From Methylomonas sp. (GTDB lineage: Bacteria > Pseudomonadota > Gammaproteobacteria > Methylococcales > Methylomonadaceae), in the NCBI GenBank assembly GCA_026988195.1, contig JALSLS010000237.1:1-56675 (forward strand): DNA of 56,675 nt, in the 5' to 3' direction. Both the position numbers and the translations under genes were made by a program. This document shows, piece after piece, positions 51,977 through 56,675 of the stretch (positions are counted from its first letter, which is position 1; each line of letters opens with the position of its first letter). The notes beneath the pieces were generated by a model, which saw nothing but the letters and a program-made list of their open reading frames with translations, did not search any database and was not told the DNA's origin.

Positions 51977-53703
51977 TATTGATTATTGGGAAAGCGCTGT
52001 TTGTATTTTAAAAGATACTCATCATTTGGTGTTTTTTTCAGAGCCCTTTCAATCAAGCTCTCAGCTTCAACAAAATTACCCAGCACACGAAGCACTTCAG
52101 CTAAATGTACCGCAATTTCATTTTGTGCATGTATTTCATACGCGGACCTTAATAACAATAAAGCCGCTTCAGGCCGCCCCTGCTTAAACCGTAGCCATCC
52201 TACACTATCCATAATTAAGGCATTATCAGGACTGAGCTGTAACGCTTTCAGCAAATATTCTTCCGCCTCTTGGTAGCGCTCAGTCCTATCAACCAAGGTA
52301 TACCCCAATGCATTTAAAACAGCCACATCCTTTGGATCCTTTAACAATATCTGTTTTAAATCAGCCTCAAGTAAATCCAGTCTATTTAATTTTTCAGCGA
52401 CAAGAGCCCGTCCATATAATAAATCTCGATGTCCAGGAAAATCAACCAAGCCCTCACTTAACGCATCAAAAGCTGCTTGATATTTTTTTTGTCGTGTATA
52501 TACCTCCGCCTTTAACAATAAAATATTAATCTGCTTTAGAGGAAATTGGTCAAGCAAGACCGCCAGTCGCGACTCAATCGTTGAAAAATCATTTTTCTCT
52601 AATAAAACTGAAACAGCCGCCATCGACGCTTCATAAACATAAGGTCCTTTCGTCACCTTATCAAACCATGTTATAGCCTGGTCATACTGTTCATTTTTAA
52701 AGGCGATACGCCCCAAATAAAAGCTAGCTTGAGCTCCCCAACCCCGCCTATTTACTAGTTTTTTTAAATATGAGACTGCGCTCTGCTCTTTCTTCTGCTG
52801 TAGATATATTAAAGCTAATGCCAACTGACTTTCACCATCTTCTACTTCTGTTTTCAATACCTTTTTATATATTGCTTCAGCTTGATCTAAGGCATTGTTT
52901 TTCATCAAAACCTGCCCCAACATTTTCCTTACTTTATTATTATCCGGTGATTTTGTTAAAATTTTCTCTAAATCAATCTGCGCTAACTCAAACTGCCCAT
53001 TTTGAGCGAACAGTTGCGCACTAAGGACAAGTGCCTTATCCCATTCGGGCTGTATCTCGAGAGCTTTATTGACTTTATCTCTTGCAATATCTGTCTTATT
53101 TAACTGGCCAGATAACATGGCTTGCACAAAAAACACTACCGCTTGATCTGGATGTTTTTCTGCAACACCCTCCAAAACATTATAAATAAAATCAGCTCGT
53201 CCTTGTTTGCCCAACAAACCGGCCAATTCAAGTAGCGTTCCTTCAAACCCAGCAGGATCATTAAGCAACATTTTATTTAAATGCTCAACAGCCAATGCTT
53301 TATCATTTCCCTTCAAAGCCGACAATACCGCTATCTTTCTTGCCGTTAAATTATGACCGTCCTGATCTAGCCACAAAGACACAGCTTCCGTTGTTTTTTC
53401 AGTATCCTTTAAAAACAAGCCTATTTTTGCCGCTCTTTCTGCCACCCTGACATCATCAACCCGCTTGGCAGCTTCCAAATAACCATCAAGAGCAACCCCA
53501 TAACGATTCCTCTGTCCTGCAATTTCTGCCGTCATTAATAAATACATAACCTCAGGGGAAATTGCTGTCAATTTTTCAGTCTTTTCATCATCAGGACTCA
53601 TGGCCTCCACTGCAACTGGATCACCAACTCCCTTATCAGGAGCAGCGGCACAGCCGGCTAACCCCAAAAAAATTATGCCACCCATCAATTTAATAATTAA
53701 CAC
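51976..53703 (-). CDS. TPR-repeat lipoprotein
   Basis: 575 aa. It has a lipobox (FLGLAGC) and many TPR-like repeats. It lies upstream of lolB and divergent from hemA, as in other gammaproteobacteria. Confidence 0.75.
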   Translation of the reverse strand: MLIIKLMGGIIFLGLAGCAAAPDKGVGDPVAVEAMSPDDEKTEKLTAISPEVMYLLMTAEIAGQRNRYGVALDGYLEAAKRVDDVRVAERAAKIGLFLKDTEKTTEAVSLWLDQDGHNLTARKIAVLSALKGNDKALAVEHLNKMLLNDPAGFEGTLLELAGLLGKQGRADFIYNVLEGVAEKHPDQAVVFFVQAMLSGQLNKTDIARDKVNKALEIQPEWDKALVLSAQLFAQNGQFELAQIDLEKILTKSPDNNKVRKMLGQVLMKNNALDQAEAIYKKVLKTEVEDGESQLALALIYLQQKKEQSAVSYLKKLVNRRGWGAQASFYLGRIAFKNEQYDQAITWFDKVTKGPYVYEASMAAVSVLLEKNDFSTIESRLAVLLDQFPLKQINILLLKAEVYTRQKKYQAAFDALSEGLVDFPGHRDLLYGRALVAEKLNRLDLLEADLKQILLKDPKDVAVLNALGYTLVDRTERYQEAEEYLLKALQLSPDNALIMDSVGWLRFKQGRPEAALLLLRSAYEIHAQNEIAVHLAEVLRVLGNFVEAESLIERALKKTPNDEYLLKYKQRFPNNQ

Positions 53704-53785
53704 GGACTCTCCCTATTTCACTTGATTAAACATTCATATAGAGTAGCAGAAAATGACACTAAATTAGCCTAGGAATTTATTCTAT

Positions 53786-53815
53786 TTGGATAAAATTAGT
53801 ATATTCTTTTAGAAT
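53786..53815 (+). promoter_or_regulatory. Candidate hemA promoter overlapping a 7-3-7 palindrome
   Basis: TTGGAT (53786-53791), an 18-nt spacer, then TAGAAT (53810-53815). The palindrome atattct-ttt-agaatat at 53801-53817 overlaps the -10 hexamer. Confidence 0.35.
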
Positions 53816-53848
53816 ATGTGGTTTTACTGTTGCTTTTAGCCATACTCA

Positions 53849-55099
53849 ATGACACTTCTAGCCGTCGGGATAAATTATAATACAGCGCCTGTTGCTATTC
53901 GTGAGCGCCTAGCATTTCCTGCAGACTCACTTGCGGCCGCCCTAAAAGCACTCTGTAATAACCAATCTATTAATGGCGCTGCCATCTTGTCTACCTGCAA
54001 TAGAACAGAGTTTTATTACCAATCCCAAAACGATAACATCCACTCACTCATTGAGTGGATTTCAGACACCAAAAAAATCACCCAAAAAGAATTTACCCCT
54101 TACCTATACAGCCATACCGACAATCAATCAATTCGCCATATGTTTCGCGTTGCTTGTGGCTTAGACTCCATGGTATTGGGCGAGCCACAAATTTTAGGTC
54201 AAATGAAAACGGCCTACCAGGCAGCCTATGACGCAGGGACATTAGGTAAGCATTTAGGCAGACTCTTTCACCACACCTTTTCGGCAGCAAAAAAAGTACG
54301 TACAGATACGGCTATTGGATCTAGCCCAGTATCGGTAGCCTTTGCAGCCGTACAACTTTCACAACAAATTTTCAATTCACTAAGCGACCAGACAGCTCTT
54401 TTGATTGGCGCAGGTGAAACTATTGAGTTAACCGCTAGGCACTTATATCAAAATAATATAGGCCGTATTATTATTGCCAATAGAACTTACGACAAAGCTC
54501 ACGCCTTGGCAGCTCAGTTTAATGGTTACGCTATTGCTTTATCTGAACTCCCTGATCATTTAGCTGAGGCCGACATCGTGGTTTCGTCAACAGCAAGTCA
54601 ATTACCTATTTTAGGCAAAGGCCGAGTTGAAAGTGCCATAAAAAAACGCAAGCACAAACCTATGTTTATGGTTGATCTCGCTGTTCCTCGAGATATTGAA
54701 GCAGAAGTTGCCCAACTCAAAGATGTTTATCTATATACTGTTGATGACTTGCAAAATACCATTGACCAAAATATGGACTCACGGCGCAAGGCAGCCGAAC
54801 AAGCGGAAGAGATTATTGACACTCAAGTTGAGCATTTCTTATCCTGGATGCGCTCACAAGGGGCTCAAACTGTTATTAAAGATTATCGTCAACAAGCCAC
54901 TTTATCCCGCGATCAAGCACTTGATAAAGCCATATCTCAACTAAATAACGGTCGTGATGCGGAAGAAGTTTTAAACCTTTTAGCTCACACCTTGACCAAT
55001 AAACTAATCCACACCCCCAGCAGTCAAATTAGATTAGCGGGAGAAAATGACAGACACGACCTTATCGCGGCTGCCAGAGAAATATTTAAATTACCCTAA
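53849..55099 (+). CDS. hemA: Glutamyl-tRNA reductase
   Basis: 416 aa with GINYNTAPVAIRERLAF, STCNRTEFY (catalytic Cys) and the NADPH-binding GAGETIEL. Confidence 0.96.
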   Translation: MTLLAVGINYNTAPVAIRERLAFPADSLAAALKALCNNQSINGAAILSTCNRTEFYYQSQNDNIHSLIEWISDTKKITQKEFTPYLYSHTDNQSIRHMFRVACGLDSMVLGEPQILGQMKTAYQAAYDAGTLGKHLGRLFHHTFSAAKKVRTDTAIGSSPVSVAFAAVQLSQQIFNSLSDQTALLIGAGETIELTARHLYQNNIGRIIIANRTYDKAHALAAQFNGYAIALSELPDHLAEADIVVSSTASQLPILGKGRVESAIKKRKHKPMFMVDLAVPRDIEAEVAQLKDVYLYTVDDLQNTIDQNMDSRRKAAEQAEEIIDTQVEHFLSWMRSQGAQTVIKDYRQQATLSRDQALDKAISQLNNGRDAEEVLNLLAHTLTNKLIHTPSSQIRLAGENDRHDLIAAAREIFKLP

Positions 55100-55246
55100 G
55101 GGAGGGAGGCAACAAATCCCCCCTGCTAAAATGCTGGGCAATCAAACCCTCGCCCCAACTGAATTTACAAGCCACGGACATGCAAAATATAGCACCGTAC
55201 TCACCCACGTTAAACGTGGCTACCCCATAAGCTAGTTATTTAATAA

Positions 55247-56332
55247 ATGAAAGTATCAATCCAAACCAAACTTGAAAATCTTAGCGAACGCTTTGAAGAA
55301 ATTGCAGCGCTACTATCCCAACCTGAAGTACAAAGCGACCAAAATAAGTTCCGCTCACTCAGCCAAGAATACGCCCAAATAGACCCGATTGTAAGTTGCT
55401 ATAATGATTACAAAGAAAATCAAGATGACCTTGATGCCGCCTTGGAAATGACTAAAGACTCAGACCCTGAGTTACGTGAAATGGCTAAAGAAGAGCTACA
55501 GGAAACTGAAGAAAAGAAGCTACAATTACAACACCAGCTACAAATATTATTACTCCCCAAAGACCCTAACGATAATAGAAATATATTTTTAGAAGTTAGA
55601 GCGGGAACAGGGGGCGATGAAGCCTCTATTTTTTCTGGGGACTTAGCAAAAATGTACCAACGATTTGCTGAAAAGCAAGGTTGGAAAACTGAAATAATCA
55701 CCGAAAACCGTGGTGATCATGGTGGCTACAAAGAAATTATCTTACGCATTAGTGGACAAGATGTTTTCTCTCAACTCAAGTTTGAATCAGGCGTTCACCG
55801 TGTGCAACGCGTCCCTGAAACGGAATCTCAAGGTAGAGTTCACACCTCCGCCTGCACCATTGCCATTATGCCCGAGGTTGAAAGCCTTGATGAATATGAA
55901 ATAAAATCATCCGATTTGCGTGTAGATACCTTTAGGGCATCTGGCTCAGGTGGTCAACATGTTAATAAAACAGACTCAGCCATTCGACTCACCCATTTAC
56001 CAACAGGTGTTGTTGTCGAATGCCAAGATGAACGTTCACAACATAAAAACAGAGCTCGTGCCATGTCTCTTTTACAGTCGCGCTTGCTAACAGCAGAACA
56101 AGACAAGCAACATGCAGAGCAATCTGAAGAAAGAAAATCACAAGTTGGATCAGGGGATCGCTCGGAACGAATTAGAACATATAACTATCCACAAGGCCGA
56201 CTAACTGACCATCGAATTAATTTAACGCTTTATAAATTAGATGAAATCATGCAAGGTGGCCTAGAACACGTTATTAACCCTTTAATTAACGAACATCAGG
56301 CAGATTTACTGACCCAATTAGGTAATGATTGA
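55247..56332 (+). CDS. prfA: Peptide chain release factor 1
   Basis: 361 aa with the PET tripeptide ([14 protein letters not shown]) and GGQ ([11 protein letters not shown]). Confidence 0.97.
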   Translation: MKVSIQTKLENLSERFEEIAALLSQPEVQSDQNKFRSLSQEYAQIDPIVSCYNDYKENQDDLDAALEMTKDSDPELREMAKEELQETEEKKLQLQHQLQILLLPKDPNDNRNIFLEVRAGTGGDEASIFSGDLAKMYQRFAEKQGWKTEIITENRGDHGGYKEIILRISGQDVFSQLKFESGVHRVQRVPETESQGRVHTSACTIAIMPEVESLDEYEIKSSDLRVDTFRASGSGGQHVNKTDSAIRLTHLPTGVVVECQDERSQHKNRARAMSLLQSRLLTAEQDKQHAEQSEERKSQVGSGDRSERIRTYNYPQGRLTDHRINLTLYKLDEIMQGGLEHVINPLINEHQADLLTQLGND

Positions 56333-56675
56333 CATTCAAAACACTTTACAACAAGCCGCAACAAGCCTAACTGAATCATCCGACTCTGCATGGCTTGATG
56401 CAGAAGTCTTACTCTGTCATGTATTGGATAAACCCCGCTCTCATCTTAGAGCTTGGCCAGAAAAACAGTTATCAGAACAACAGCACACTCAATTCGCAAC
56501 GCTTTTAGAGTTGCGCCAGCAAGGCACCCCGATAGCTTACCTGACGGGTAGTAAAGAATTTTGGTCTAGGGATTTTAAAGTAAGTTCAGAGGTTTTAATC
56601 CCTAGGCCTGATACTGAATTATTAATTGAACTCAGCCTTGCCTTACTAGCTGACTCCCCTAATGCTCATATTATT
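56325..56675 (+). CDS. prmC: Release-factor glutamine N5-methyltransferase PrmC/HemK (3'-truncated by the window end)
   Basis: My hand translation from the ATG at 56325 (8-nt overlap with prfA) gives [15 protein letters not shown]...[34 protein letters not shown]. The frame is open to the window edge, and prfA-prmC synteny is conserved. Confidence 0.85.
   Translation, partial: MIDIQNTLQQAATSLTESSDSAWLDAEVLLCHVLDKPRSHLRAWPEKQLSEQQHTQFATLLELRQQGTPIAYLTGSKEFWSRDFKVSSEVLIPRPDTELLIELSLALLADSPNAHII

Overview
This window is an AT-rich stretch of gammaproteobacterial-type chromosome, almost entirely core housekeeping genes. About 30 kb on the minus strand is one continuous translation/transcription supercluster. 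Its order is a tRNA-Tyr/Gly/Thr/Trp operon, secE-nusG, rplKAJL, rpoBC, rpsL-rpsG-fusA-tuf, then the S10, spc (including an unlisted rpmJ) and alpha operons. It is flanked by pth-rplY-prs-tRNA-Gln-ispE-lolB and a TPR lipoprotein gene, which is divergent from hemA-prfA-prmC. The left third holds single housekeeping or accessory genes: a GT2 glycosyltransferase, rsd, a UPF0182 membrane protein, an alpha/beta hydrolase, ubiA, hldE, arsC-family/wrbA/DUF2069/hda, panE, a second stand-alone EF-G paralog, sodB, a CYTH protein, a secreted TPR protein and fdxA. I found no CRISPR array, prophage, transposase, toxin-antitoxin pair or multi-gene defence or accessory system. The main structure that the genes do not explain is in the intergenic DNA. 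Four families of long imperfect-palindrome (MITE/REP/ERIC-like) elements are each present twice. Three otherwise dissimilar families (about 165, 164 and 208 nt) share one asymmetric ~19-nt core, GGCGCATAGC[A/C]AGCTACG[C/G]. Copies sit in a 3' UTR, inside the lolB-ispE operon spacer, next to a stable-RNA promoter and between convergent genes. Smaller observations: a 10-aa insertion in EF-Tu just after the NKxD motif, no tuf copy between tRNA-Thr and tRNA-Trp, terminator-like hairpins inside the spc and str transcription units, and several non-ATG start codons (rpoC TTG, rplJ GTG, rpmJ GTG).
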